Shown: positions 1-12,034 of the stretch, in pieces | How the letters are laid out: each line of letters starts with the position of its first letter | Position numbering within the stretch: the stretch's first letter is position 1 | Assembly: GCF_046119375.1 (NCBI RefSeq) | Contig: NW_027362769.1 | Coordinates: 374,852,001-374,916,000 of the forward strand | From: Phyllobates terribilis | Lineage: Eukaryota | Direction of reading: 5' to 3' | DNA: 64,000 nt | Made by a program: the position numbers and the translations under genes | Notes under the pieces: model-generated | Database searches by the model: none | What the model was told of the DNA's origin: nothing | The model's input: the letters and a program-made list of their open reading frames with translations, nothing else

Positions 1-892
1 CGCTATAACAATAAATAATAATAATAATAGTTGCATACATCCTGGGGGGCCTTTGTGAGCCCGAAAAGTTCCCTTTGCCACATAAGAACACACCACTATT
101 GAAATGGTAGCTGGGGGCCTATAGTTGACAATGGTCCCAAATTTGCCTGGACTGTCCTGAAATTTCTAGAAATGGTCCCAATAAATTTAGGTATTTCCTG
201 GTCCGAAGTTTAATACTTGACCAATAGTCATTCCCACCTTCTTTTGAGCTATCTCTATTCTACCAACCGAGCACTTGGCAAATATGGCGGCTTTGGTATG
301 AGAAGGGAAGCCCTATACCTTACAGTTTAAAAAAAATGATATGTATATAAAAAAAGAATGCACAGTGAGAATATAAAACTGTATTTATTAAGAAAACAAT
401 TCATTAATATAAATGTTCCAAATTCCAACATTTATGACAATTTTCCTCTCGTTATAAAAAGGATTTGTATGATTTAAATAAAGTTTATTGAAGGTCTGCC
501 ATTTTCAAATTCTGAATCTCTCTGCTGCCCATAGCAACCAATCACAGCACAGCTTTCATTTTGTATTCTGCTTTTGAAAAATGAAAGCTGTACTGTGATT
601 GGTAACCTTCGCAAGAGGACGGCAACCATTCTGACCAGGTCCATGCCGCTGCAGGGATTTCTTACAAGCTTTTATTTTTGAATTGTGGCAAAATGAATAC
701 ATAAAAGTGTAATAGATAAATAAAAACATTGGATAAGTAAGATAAGATACATAAAAACGTGGGAATTCCAAAGCAAAAGTCCATTTTCAGATATACTATA
801 ATTATATATATGTAATAGATATATATATCTATCCATCCCTCACCTGCGTCCGGTAAAGAAGTGTTCCCATCTCCAAGATGCTATCCCAATCT

Positions 893-1173
893 GTAGTAGA
901 TGTAATAATAATATTACCAAATACATCCAATTAGAAATTAAGTACAGTTCTTCTGATTAGCTATATTGCTTACCCCATGGGCAGAGCATTGTAGTAACTT
1001 AGGTGTCCATGGTTGTGACCACTAACAGCTAATTGTCACTATATGGGTGGTAGTAACCATGGATACCTAAACTACTACAATGCCCTGCACATGGGGTAAG
1101 CGACGTAGCTAATCAGACGAACTATACTACATTTCTAATTGGAGGTATTTGCTAATATTATTACACCTACTAC
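893..1173. repeat. fold-back MITE-like inverted repeat
   Basis: TGTAGTAGATGTAATAATA../..TATTATTACACCTACTACA with imperfect arms over about 130 bp. Confidence 0.65.
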
Positions 1174-2525
1174 ATAGTAGGAAGGATCTTGGAGATAGAA
1201 ATACCTTTTTAAGCCAGCATGGCGGCCACTATGGTAGCAAAAATGTGCATTGTTTCATGGCGATTTTCCAAAATCATGGAAAATGGTTTAGTTGTGATGC
1301 AATCGCGGCAAGAAACGCAATGCACGAGCAGTGTTTGATTCCTTATCTAGGGCCATGGAGGGGTTTCCTATTGCCAAGGCTATGCTCAAGCAGTTTTTTT
1401 TGCAGGCGTAAAAAAATACAACAATTTTTCAAAGAGGAATCTGTTTTTGTTTTTTTACCTAATGTGGTACTGAAATTGAATTTTTTCCCCCACACATTCT
1501 TTCACAGCATCAAGTTTGTAGCAGATTACACGTGGAATCCTCCTCAAAGAAGTGACATGTAACTTTTTTTTTTATTTTTCCCCATGAATTGTTTTGCAAA
1601 ATCTCATTGGGGAAAAAAAAAAAAGAAAAACGAATAAAAAAATAATTCTTTCGAACAGCAGCGCGAATTTTCCAATGAAATAAATAGGAAGAGTAATAAA
1701 AGTGGATTTTATGCAGTTTAGGAGGAGAATTCTGGATTGGATCTACAGTAAAATCGTCCTTTTAAAAAAAACTGTATGTACAAAACTGGATCTTCTCCAA
1801 AATCCTCTTCAAATACTCGAACTATTTCTTCAATGGAAAATAAACTTTGCTGTTCATAAGCAGTTTTTTTTTACTAATGAGGTCTTGAAAAACTTCTTTG
1901 AGGTGGATCCTCTTGGAATTTTCCAAGTCAAAAGGCTGCAAAAACATAGGGTAGGTTCTTTTGAAGACAGGAAAAAAAATGAGTTTTTCCAAGAGAAACC
2001 CACTTCAGGAAACTTTTTTGGGGATTTTTTTTTCCTGGAGGTGTTTTGAAGAGTATTTTGAGGCTTTTTTTTCTTCTTTTTTTTCTCCATACTGTGTTTT
2101 GCAGCTTCTTGACCTGACAATATCAAGTTCGAAGAAGATTCCATGAGGATGTGTTTTTTTTTTTTCCACAGGGCATTTTTCAAACATTTCTTGGTAAAAA
2201 AAACAAACAAACAAACAAACAACAAAATAAACCCTCAAAAACATGGAGATTATTCAAAGCGTATTTGAAACCTTTTATACACAGGATTTTGGATTAGATC
2301 TGCTTAGAATTCCTAGCCAAACGCTTTAAAAACCTTTTCAAAACAATTTCATGGGAAAAAAACAAAACAAAAAACATTTCCTGAAAATCTTGTTGAACTT
2401 TTCCGTCTCCCAAAAAACGTAGTGTGAACTTAGCCTTATATCCCTCTGTTGCTAGAACAAGGGGCCCCATAACCCTGAGGACCGCGATGGGGAGTTGTAT
2501 ACTCTGGGTCTCAGTATGCGTGTTA

Positions 2526-2708
2526 GGCCATGTTCACACATTCAGTATTTTACATCAGTATTTGTAAATCAAAATCAGGAGTGGAACAATCAGAGGAAAA
2601 GTATAATAGAAACACTTCACCACTTCTGCATTTATCACCCACTCCTGGTTTAGGCTGACAAATATTGATGGAAAATACTGACCAAATACTGAACGTGTGA
2701 ACGTGGCC
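2526..2708. mobile_element. short Harbinger-type MITE
   Basis: TTA|GGCCATGTTCACAC..GTGTGAACGTGGCC|TTA. Confidence 0.75.
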
Positions 2709-2786
2709 TTATAGCTCAATACAGTGGGAGCATTCATGGCCGAGTAGCTGCTGTGCAATCAGAGGATCCCAGTGGTTGTGATCCGT

Positions 2787-5700
2787 TTACTCTGCTTCCT
2801 CCGTGCTAGCAGAGCCCTGTGGGCCTTCCAGGGCTTCACTAAGCAGCTGTATCTGTCTGCTCATCTGGGAGGAGAGACTCTCGATCCTCCGCGCCTTCTG
2901 GCGCAGCTTGTGTAACTGTTTGTTGTAGGTCTCTTTTAGTTCCATGTAGCAATTGTGCTCGTCTCGGTTTGCAGGGGTCAGCAGCGCTCCGCACCCCATG
3001 TGACACGTCTCGCTCCAATACTCGCAGCTTTGGCTGTGGTCAACTATGTCTTTCCTCATCACCTGGGCAGGACATCCAGCATTGGCGCAGGGCACCAGTC
3101 CGAAACCGCATGACTCTGCGTGCTCCTCGCTCCTCAGCAGAGGGAAGAGGGCTGGGCAGCCATTCTGCTCGTTAGGACACTGATCATCAAGACAGATACA
3201 TTATGTTATAGACCTTAAAGTAGATTTATCACTAGGTATAAAATATAGATTTTTTTTTTTTTACCTGCTGTAAATGACGCGCCCCCTGGGCCGTGGGGCA
3301 CCCGGAGCCGGGCCGGTAGATGCTGGGGGTTGTAGTCACTGTGGCGGTGACCCGGTCCCTGACCCAGGGTGGTCAATCCAAGGGGATGTATAGGTTTTTA
3401 TAATGTCTGACTACGCCACCTGTGGAGTGCGGCTAAAGGGGGGGCCACCACTGCGGAACAGTCCTCTGAAGCTGGTGGTTGCGCAGCAATGATGGTATAA
3501 CTCCCCACAGGAAGAGTTAGCTTCAGGGCAGTGTGTGAGGATGATGGTGGTTGTGCTGAGCGTTATAGTGCAGTGAGGGATGGCGCAGCAAGTAACACAG
3601 AGACAAGATAGTGCAGTCCCAGGGGCTTTACTCACAGTTATTGCAATCCAGATTATAGAGCTCAATGTAATTGCCCACGTCATTCTGTGCTTACTCAGTG
3701 AGGGGCTCAGTCCACCCTCAGGTATTTCCAGAGCACTCAGCAGGACCCCTTTCTGTGTGCCTTCCTCAGCCGTCTTCCTGCGCTGGCTCTCACCCTCCTG
3801 CCCTGCGCCTCACAGTCAGTGTCCCAAGCCGGTGGCCTCGGGTCTTGGCAGGCGACCTGCAGTCCCCTGGGCCCTATGTGGCCACCTTTTTGGCGATTGT
3901 TAACTGTGGTAGGGGGCAGCTGCACCCTGAAAGTACAGCCACCTCCAGTTGCTAGTTGGACTTAAAGTATCCGTGCTAGTTAAGGGGCCGGTCCCCTCTG
4001 CGGCTTGATCCTTCCAATGTCTTGTAGATTCGGGCGGCCTCCAGTACTGCCTGTACCCCTAGGATCCCCTCGTTCCTTCCTCCTGGAGCCTTTCCTGCTC
4101 CCCTTCTCTTCTCTTCCCAGACTTGGGCCTCACTGGCCAGGCCCGCCTCTGGAGCAGAGCTCATGCAGAGCCTCTGCTCCTGGCGCTCCTCCTCCTCTGA
4201 CTGAACACTGAACTAAGATGGTTCCCTATTTTATACAGCTTCCTGTCAAGTGCTCCCAGGATCTACTTCCTCCACCCCATCCACTACATGGTTCCCCCTC
4301 TCTAGGTTGTTCCCCCCACTCCAGCCAGAGACCAGGGACTGTGCTCTCCCATAGAAGCAATCTCGCCCTGTCCCTCGGAAATGTGTAGTGAATGCAGTGT
4401 TAGGGTCCTGAGCTGTACTCCTTCCTTACCTGAGAGTGAGGTACCACACCTCTGGATGAGATGCAATACCTCTGTGGTGACTGAACCCTCAGGGGCACCA
4501 CATAAATGCCACCGTTCTCCTGAATATGGCGATGTTTTTCTTTTCTTCCTGCGCCTCTCCGTTCCTGAGATAAAGTCCTTTCTGCCCTGTGTATCTATTA
4601 TTTTAGCCAACTGGGTGTGGTTCTTCAGAACAAACCCACAGAGAAGAGTTGGGATCATACAGGTAAGAAGCCGCCATATCTCAAGAATGGAGAGGCGCAT
4701 GAACAAAAGAAAAACATCGCCGGATTCAGGAGAACAGCGGCATTTACACCAAATTAAAAAAAAAATACATATTCATGGCAAGTGATAGGTCCCGCTTAAA
4801 GTGGTTGCACAAAATTCAAGAACAAAACATGACTGCTTTCCTTCTCTTAAAGACGCACCACACCTGTTTGAAGGTTGTGTGCGGTATTGCAGTCTCTGAA
4901 AGTTCACTGGAACGGAGCCACAATACCAGACGCAATCCATGAACAGGTGGCGTTGTTTAAGGAAGAAAGCAGACATGCTTTGTGTTTCATTTCACCACCA
5001 TTTTGTAGAACTCTGCCATTAGTAACTAGAATTACCCTTGCTTACACAAAATCAGAAATTCCAACTGCTGGCACAGGTGCATGGTTCATTAAAAGGGCTA
5101 TTTCAGACATTTTGGGCCAGATTCATTATTGAATTTACACTTTTGTCCAGATTTTGTTTTTTTATTTTTGCCCATTTCTAATTGTTGCCTTTTTTTAAGA
5201 TCTATTTTATATGTATTTGCCTATTTTTTATTGTGTTTGCCATTGTGGGAAAGTTTTGGGGTTTCCAAATGTTTTTAGTTTTTTTGGCTGATCACAATTT
5301 TTTTTGCGAAGATGTACACCACTCCCCACGAAGTGATATTTTCATGTACGTCTTTTACATACGACATCTTCAGTTATGGAAGGGACACAATCACTCTCAT
5401 TAAATGATGAAGAAATCTATGGCCGCCTTCTATCCTTTACCTTGACTTGCAGACTGTTGATTTTCCTCTTCAGCTTATGCATCTGTACATAAAGTTTACC
5501 CCTCACTTCGGTTCTACAGCACGGGCAGGTCTGCTGTCTGGGAAAAGGAAGTGCAGTCAAACAAGGATTCATGGAGATGACCCCCATTGTACAGTCTGTG
5601 AGAACCATCAACAAGCTGCTGTTGATGGAGCCGATTTTCAAGTTTCCATCACAGGAAGCTCCAACAAGCTGGAGTTAACGGAGCTGGTATTTTCCACCTA

Positions 5701-7813
5701 TTTAAACCTTTAAATCAGTACTAATATTTTATGTTTGGGCTGTGGGTAGAAAAAAAGAAAAAAAAAAGTATTGAACATATGAAGAAAGAGGTACACAAAG
5801 CCCTGGAAACTCATCTCACCAGCTGAAATTATCAGTAATTAGAACGCAATCCTGCCACTTAATGACAAATTATCTCAGTGGGTTCAACTGATGGCCAATA
5901 AAAAGGTGTCTCATTACCAAGGTGCCACACAAGAAACCTCTCATGCTGGGTAAAACAAGTGAGCTGTCTCAAGACCTTCGCAACCTTATTGTTGCAAAAC
6001 ATACTGATGGCATTGGTTACAGAGGGACTTCTAAACTACTAAAGGTTCCAGTGAGCACCGTTGGGGCCATAACTCCGAAGTGAAAAGAACATAATTTCAG
6101 GATAAACCAGTCACAACCAGGTGCTACCCAGAAGATTTCAGACAGAGGAGTGAAAAGAATGATCAAGAGTTGTCCAAGAGCCAAGTACCAACTGTGGTCA
6201 GCTACAAAAAGCCCTGGAATCAGCAGATACAATTGTTTCAAAGAAAAAAGTGATGCATTCAACCTCCATGGCCTGTATGCCCGCTCCCCACGCAAGCTCC
6301 GTGGCCTGTATGCCCGCTCCCCACGCAAGCTCCGTGGCCTGTATGCCCGCTCCCCACGCAAGCTCCGTGGCCTGTATGCCCGCTCCCCACGCAAGCTCCG
6401 TGGCCTGTATGCCCGCTCCCCACGCAACCTCCGTGGCCTGTATGCCCGCTCACCACGCAACCTCCGTGGCCTGTATGCCCGCTCACCATGCAACCTCCGT
6501 GGCCTGTATGCACGCTCACCACGCCACCTCCATGGCCTGTATGCACGCTCACCACGCCACCTCCATGGCCTGTATGCACACTCACCATGCAACCTCCATG
6601 GCCTGTATGCACACTCACCACACAAGACTCCATTGCTGAGCAAAAAGCATGTTCAAAGTATGTTGAACAACATTTAGACAAGCCTGTGAAATACGGAGAG
6701 ACTATAGTCTGGTCAGAACTCTTTGGATGCCATAATACACACCAAAAGGCACTGCATATCACCCCAAAAACACCATACCAGCAAAGAAGTTTGGAGGTGG
6801 ATACATCATGGTGTTAAAATGTAATAATAAAAAAAAAAAAAAAATGTATCGAAGGAACTAAAAGCTCAGAGTTCATAGAAGGAGCCCACGGGCTCTTCAG
6901 GATGTGAAGAGTGTTTGTATGGAAGAATGGGCTAAAAATCACACCTGAGCAATGCCTGCAACTAGTTTCCCCATACAGGAGGAGTCTTGACGCTTCATCA
7001 CCAACAAAGGCTTTTGTACGAAGTATTAACTACATTTCAGTAAGTGTTCAATACTATTTCCTTGTGAAATTTCTCATTACTACACATAATTTATGGACAT
7101 CTATGGATGATTTCTTTACCCGTGTGGAGTAGATGGGTTGCTACTGACATCTGGTGAGAACTTCATGTCAACAGCACCTTTAGAAATAGGTTTACTTAGA
7201 AAATTAGTGACAAGTTCAATACTTATTTCAACCGCTGTATAAGAAAATAGAGCAGAGCTAACCAGTGGTCAGGGGTGGCATTGCAGACCTTCTCCACAGT
7301 GCATGGATGCAAGTTTGGGAAATTGCACATTTTCCGGTCACGCTTGTCCTAGTCATGGACCTCCTCACTCAAGCTGACTGATCTTACATTCTTATGACTT
7401 CTCTAACACTAGTGCATCCCATTAACCCGCTGCAGCCTTGATCATACAGAACACACCACACTGATTTTCTCACCTTTTTAGCCACTGTAAAATGCATTTT
7501 CGGCAGAAGATGTGCCCACAGGAGATCATGACGGGGCACCTGAGCACACCATGGCAGATAGAGCACAGTAGGTCGTCATCTGGATTTTCCGTAAATATAT
7601 CTAGATCGTATCCACCTCCCTGAAAGTATGGAAGCACCAGAGGCATAAGGTCATTAATAAAAGGTCAGGGGTACTGGGCAGCTATGGACACAGCATCAGA
7701 GCTACCCTGAGACCTTACAGCTATGATCATGTCCTGGCTGCCGCCGTAAAAGCACAAGTACCCACTGGAGACCTTGAATGTACCCTGGCACACGTCACTC
7801 CAGTACATACCAT
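2787..7813 (-). CDS. RNF151: RING finger protein 151 (RING + TRAF-type Zn fingers), 4 coding exons, 212 aa
   Basis: Exons 7813-7811 (ATG|gtatgt), 7619-7474 (GGGYDLDIF..CSICHGVLRCPVMISCGHIFCRKCILQWLK), 5537-5441 (QQTCPCCRTEV..LQVK), 3179-2787 (CPNEQNGC..HNCYMELK..TAA). All GT-AG, phases consistent, 639 nt total. ATG-only first exon is the least certain. Confidence 0.92.
3275..4502 (-). mobile_element. solo LTR of the same family in RNF151 intron 3
   Basis: Minus strand TGTGGTGCCCC..GGGGGCGCGTCA, TSD TAAA on both sides, 1228 bp, clearly similar to the 32845 copy. Confidence 0.9.
4515..4736. repeat. fold-back MITE-like inverted repeat
   Basis: GTTCTCCTGAAT..GCGCCTCTCC../..GGAGAGGCGC..ATTCAGGAGAAC. 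Confidence 0.65.
5820..7237 (+). mobile_element. decayed, internally deleted Tc1 element
   Basis: GKTSELSQDLRNLIVAKH N-terminal remnant, EEWAKITPEQC C-terminal remnant, right TIR ending AACCGCTG|TA at 7237. Left end approximate. Confidence 0.8.
6270..6622. repeat. 33-bp minisatellite, about 11 units
   Basis: GGCCTGTATGCCCGCTCCCCACGCAAGCTCCGT, inside the Tc1 remnant. Confidence 0.95.
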
Positions 7814-9780
7814 TGTGGTATATATGTACGCTCCACTGCCCCAGGGAATCTGTCACATTACACTTACCACCGTCCGTCCCAGTGCAGCCATCCAACAGTG
7901 GGCTCTTTCTAGATCCATGTAACATTAGTCACCCTGATCATGTGCGGCAAGCTGAACCTCCCCCCCACCCCCCCGTCACATTCCCCATACGTTCACGTCA
8001 GCATTTATTTTGGACACGGTCCTCTATTGGCACTGCAGATCAATGGGCAAATCGCTTTCTAGCTGTGTATTGTCATAAGCCCCAAAAATGCTGCACAATG
8101 CAGGACGGGAGTGAACGTGCACCCATTGTTCTGCACCGGGGTGGAAAATTGTCAAATGTGGAGTCAAAAAATAAGGCAAAAAGTTCTGTAGATAAAGTGC
8201 AACTTTATTGAAAATAAAACAATTAAACAACGCAACAAGTATCGAAACCTACTGTAAAATTCATACATATGATAAGGACCTGCAGAAAGGAGAGGAATGT
8301 CAAATATAGTTTAGGTCCATTCATACATATGAGAAGTCACAAATCAGACTCTGGGCATAGTGGGCAATAAGTGACTACTTTTCCAGGATCAGAAAATATC
8401 AGCTCTTATATTACATTACCTTGGACAACTACTTTGACTCCTAGCTTTTTGGACTTGGGAGCCAAAGTATAGCATTTGGTCACTACACTAAAGGAAGTAG
8501 TTTTATACAGAATTTTGGAGGGGACTGTTTTGTCATTCTGTAGATTCTCTGACCTGATGATCAAGATATCACAATTTGGTCTTGGTCAGTCATTCAGATG
8601 CTCTCACTTGGGTCATTCATCTAGCTTCCGTCACACTTACGAGCTGACTATTCATTTACTGCCCCCTATATACTTAACATTGAAATTGCAACACCAGGTA
8701 GTGTTGCGTGAACATGCTCAGATAAGGCGTTAACCGAGCGCACGCTCAAGCCCTAACCGAATATCTTCGGCATGCTCGCAAAATAAGTCTGCATGTCTCG
8801 AGTCTGTCAAACAGCCAGGAGACATGAAGCCACTGCGACGCGAACATATTTTGCGAGCACACCGAAGGTACTCTATTAGGGCTTGAGCGTGCTCGGATAA
8901 CACTTTCTCCAAGCAGGTTCGCGCAACACTAACACCAGGAAGTAAAAGTTGTGGAATTATGGAAACAAGTTAATGATCTGCAAATGGTGAAAAACAGGAA
9001 ACAAAATTTCTGAATTTATTCCGTCTGGAATATGAGCACCATGTGCAAAAATCCCAGCACTGAGGTTTATTAATTGTCTTTTGAGAATGGTTCTACACTT
9101 GGGCAAATCATCAAAATCTGTTGCTAGCAGTTCCTGTGTAATCACCGACCAATGGCATCCCAGATCATTCGATGGGAGACAAGTCTGGAGACGCTGCAGC
9201 CATGGGAGCACGTTTAGGCCACGCAGGCTGCTCACAGTAGAGGGGCACTGACTATATAGCTAGCAAAATTACGTATTAATGTTACTGAGCCAACAAGGAC
9301 TGAATCAGACATACATACATAAAGCTTGCTACTAAATTAGTGACAACTACAGAGCAATAGCAAATATAAAGCTATGGAACAAAATAAAATATTTTATCTG
9401 GTTTTCAAGTGCCTCCCACAGATTGGAGCTTAAAAATGCAATTCTTTGCAGATCTTACCAACGATTTCCGTAACCCTACAACTGGTCCTTCTTGGTGTTG
9501 CTATTTCAATATTAGGAGGGGATACAGTCATTATCGAAAGTGGACACAGACTGTTGTGAAGAACCAAACCAACATGCTGAACTTTTTTTTTTATTTAGGA
9601 CACAAATAAGTCTGCGGCTACTGCTAATACACACAACCATGGGCCTTACAGCAACTTATAATCAGTAGCAGGTAATCAAATTCACATAATTTACTGCCAT
9701 ATATATACAGCAGTAAATCATAATGCTCCTGTTATTCAGCCTTAATTACAGATACATTGATGAACAGAACACATATGCAG

Positions 9781-9940
9781 TAGGATGCCCCCAGTCCTCC
9801 TCACACACAGTAGGATGCCCCCAGTCAACCCCACACACAGTAGGATGCCCCCAGTCAACCCCACACACAGTAGGATGCCCCCAGTCAACCCCACACACAG
9901 TAGGATGCCCCCAGTCAACCCCACACACAGTAGGATGCCC
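9781..9940. repeat. 30-bp minisatellite, 5.3 units
   Basis: TAGGATGCCCCCAGTCAACCCCACACACAG. Confidence 0.95.
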
Positions 9941-10185
9941 AAACTACTGATAAAAAACGCATCTTATTCCATTACCCCAATGCCTTGCAGCGTGTGGACT
10001 GAGACTGCACAGCAGGCACAATAATGACGTCATCGTATCTGCTGCTGAATGGCGGCACAGGGAGCTAAATGCTCCCTCTTCTGTTCCACCATTGAATTCA
10101 CCTGCATCCTGAGGACCAAGGCGACATTGCCCAGGTGTGTTTTATGGTATACTGAAATACAATTAAACCTTTATTGACAAATGCA

Positions 10186-11220
10186 TCAAGTTTCAGCAGA
10201 GACTGAATATTTACAATGTTGTCCCTTATTTTTTAAGACTTCTGCAATTCGCTGGGGCATGCTAGATATCAGTTTCTGGGCCAAATCCCGAGTGCTTGCA
10301 GTCCATTCTTCCCTAATCAGTGCTTGGAGTTTATCATAACTTAAATCTTTTTGTTTGTCCACCTGCTTTTTGAGGATAGACCACAGGTTCTCAATGGGAT
10401 TAAGATCTGGAGAGTTTCCTGGCCATGAACCCAGAACTGCAATGTTTTGCTCATCGAGCCACTTAGTCACCAGTTTTGCCTTATGACATGGTGCCCCATC
10501 ATGCTGGAAAATGCATTGGTCATCACCAAATTGTTCCTGGATGGTTGGGAGAAGTTGCTCTTGGAGGAGGGTTAGATACCATTCTTTATTCATGGCTGGG
10601 GTCTGAGGCAGAATTTTAAGTGAGCCCCCTCCCTTGGATGAAAAGCAACCCCACACATGAATGGTCTCAGGATGATTTAATGTTGGCATGAAACAGGCCT
10701 CAGGGAAGCTCTCACCTTTTCTTCTCTGAAGCATCATTCTTCCAGATGCTCCTAAAAGTCTAAAAGAGGCTTCATCGGAGAAAATCACTTTCCCCCAGTC
10801 CTCTACTGTCCAATCTCTGTACTTCCTGCAGAACGTCAGTCTGTCCTTCATGTTTTGCTTAGTGAGAAGTGGCTTCTTTGCTGCCCTTTTAGTCACTAAA
10901 CCAGCCTCCAAAAGCCTTCTCCTCACTGTGCGAGCAGATGCACTGACTCCTGCCTGCTGCCATTCCAGGGCAAGCTCTGCACTGGTGTTAAACTGCTCCT
11001 CTTGCTGAATCTTCTTTAGGAGACTGTCCTGGCACTTGCTGGTCTTTCTTGGACGCCCTGAAGCCTTCTTCGCAGCAATTGAACCACTCTGTTTAAAGTT
11101 CTTGATGATCCGATAAATGGTTGATTTCGGGGCAATCGTACAAGCGGCAATGTCCTTGCCTGAAAATCCCTTTTGATGCAAAGCAATGATGTCTGCACGT
11201 GTTTCCTTTGAGGTAACCAT
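10186..11220 (-). CDS. open Tc1-family transposase, DD35E (Traveler-type), 344 aa from ATG 11220
   Basis: Paired-like HTH, GRPRK, FSDE, VWGCFS, FQHDGAPCH..SPDLNPIE with 35 residues between the second D and E. Degenerate TIR at about 11480-11501; no matching TIR seen at the other end. Confidence 0.9.
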   Translation of the reverse strand: MVTSKETRADIIALHQKGFSGKDIAACTIAPKSTIYRIIKNFKQSGSIAAKKASGRPRKTSKCQDSLLKKIQQEEQFNTSAELALEWQQAGVSASARTVRRRLLEAGLVTKRAAKKPLLTKQNMKDRLTFCRKYRDWTVEDWGKVIFSDEASFRLLGASGRMMLQRRKGESFPEACFMPTLNHPETIHVWGCFSSKGGGSLKILPQTPAMNKEWYLTLLQEQLLPTIQEQFGDDQCIFQHDGAPCHKAKLVTKWLDEQNIAVLGSWPGNSPDLNPIENLWSILKKQVDKQKDLSYDKLQALIREEWTASTRDLAQKLISSMPQRIAEVLKNKGQHCKYSVSAET

Positions 11221-11717
11221 GGTTATCAAAAGACAATGATTTCATGCTCCATATTACAGCAACCATCAGCTGCCTTGTCCTAGCTGACACTTTCTCCTGA
11301 GCCACGGAGTAGATCACTGGAGTGATGTAAGCAGGTCATTTTGTGGCAGGGAATGGGTTTTGCGATAAAGGTTATTAATGGAAAGGAATGACAATATTTT
11401 TTTTGCAATTCAACTGATCGCTCTTCAAAACAATCTGGCCACAATCAAAAATGAAGCACCAAAAACAATTTGTCAGTCTCAATACTTTTGATCAGAACCC
11501 TATATACCACCTCTGACCGGCTCCATTGTCACAAGATAATCCGTGTTATTAACTTTATCCATAATGTTAACACCTCTGCCAGGTGATCGCTGCACATTCT
11601 TCTAGTTCAGCTTCCACAAATTCGGTCTCAACACGAGGACTAAAATAAGAGAAAACAGGAGGTTAGTTAGTGCAAAGTCATATGTGGCACCCACAATCCA
11701 GGCATGCACAGCCAGAC

Positions 11718-11850
11718 AAATGTAGGAGCACGGGTCTCATTACAAGCATACAGATTATGGGTAATGAGCTAAATGCTCCTATTCCTATAGGCACAGAGAT
11801 CTTACTAAAGGCTACAGAAGAGGCCAGAAGCAATTTTCAGTTTGTGCCAA
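11718..11850 (-). ncRNA. SNORA78: H/ACA snoRNA, SNORA78 (ACA64)-like
   Basis: GGCACA..TGTGCC hairpin, H box ATAGGA, AGGAGCA/TGCTCCT plus CTCATTAC/GTAATGAG hairpin with pocket, then ACA+3 nt; about 133 nt. Pocket motifs TGAAAAT.GC, GT.AGAT, AG-CTCA and TGA.ACCC resemble human SNORA78 as recalled; syntenic position. Confidence 0.8.
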
Positions 11851-12034
11851 AGTGACTATGCCAATATTGTCCAATACAAGTCATCACCTGACTTCCAAGT
11901 TCTCAGCCTACAGCAAACATCCTGCCTATACCCCCTACCCTGGGAGCCCAGCCTATGCCATATAAACCCCCACCCTGGGAGCCCAGCCTATGCCATATAT
12001 ACCCCCACCCTGGGGGCCAAGCCTACACCATATA

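Noticed and set aside
1149-2244. Several 60-137-aa ORFs
   Set aside because: Homopolymer-rich MITE-like sequence giving K/F-biased translations.
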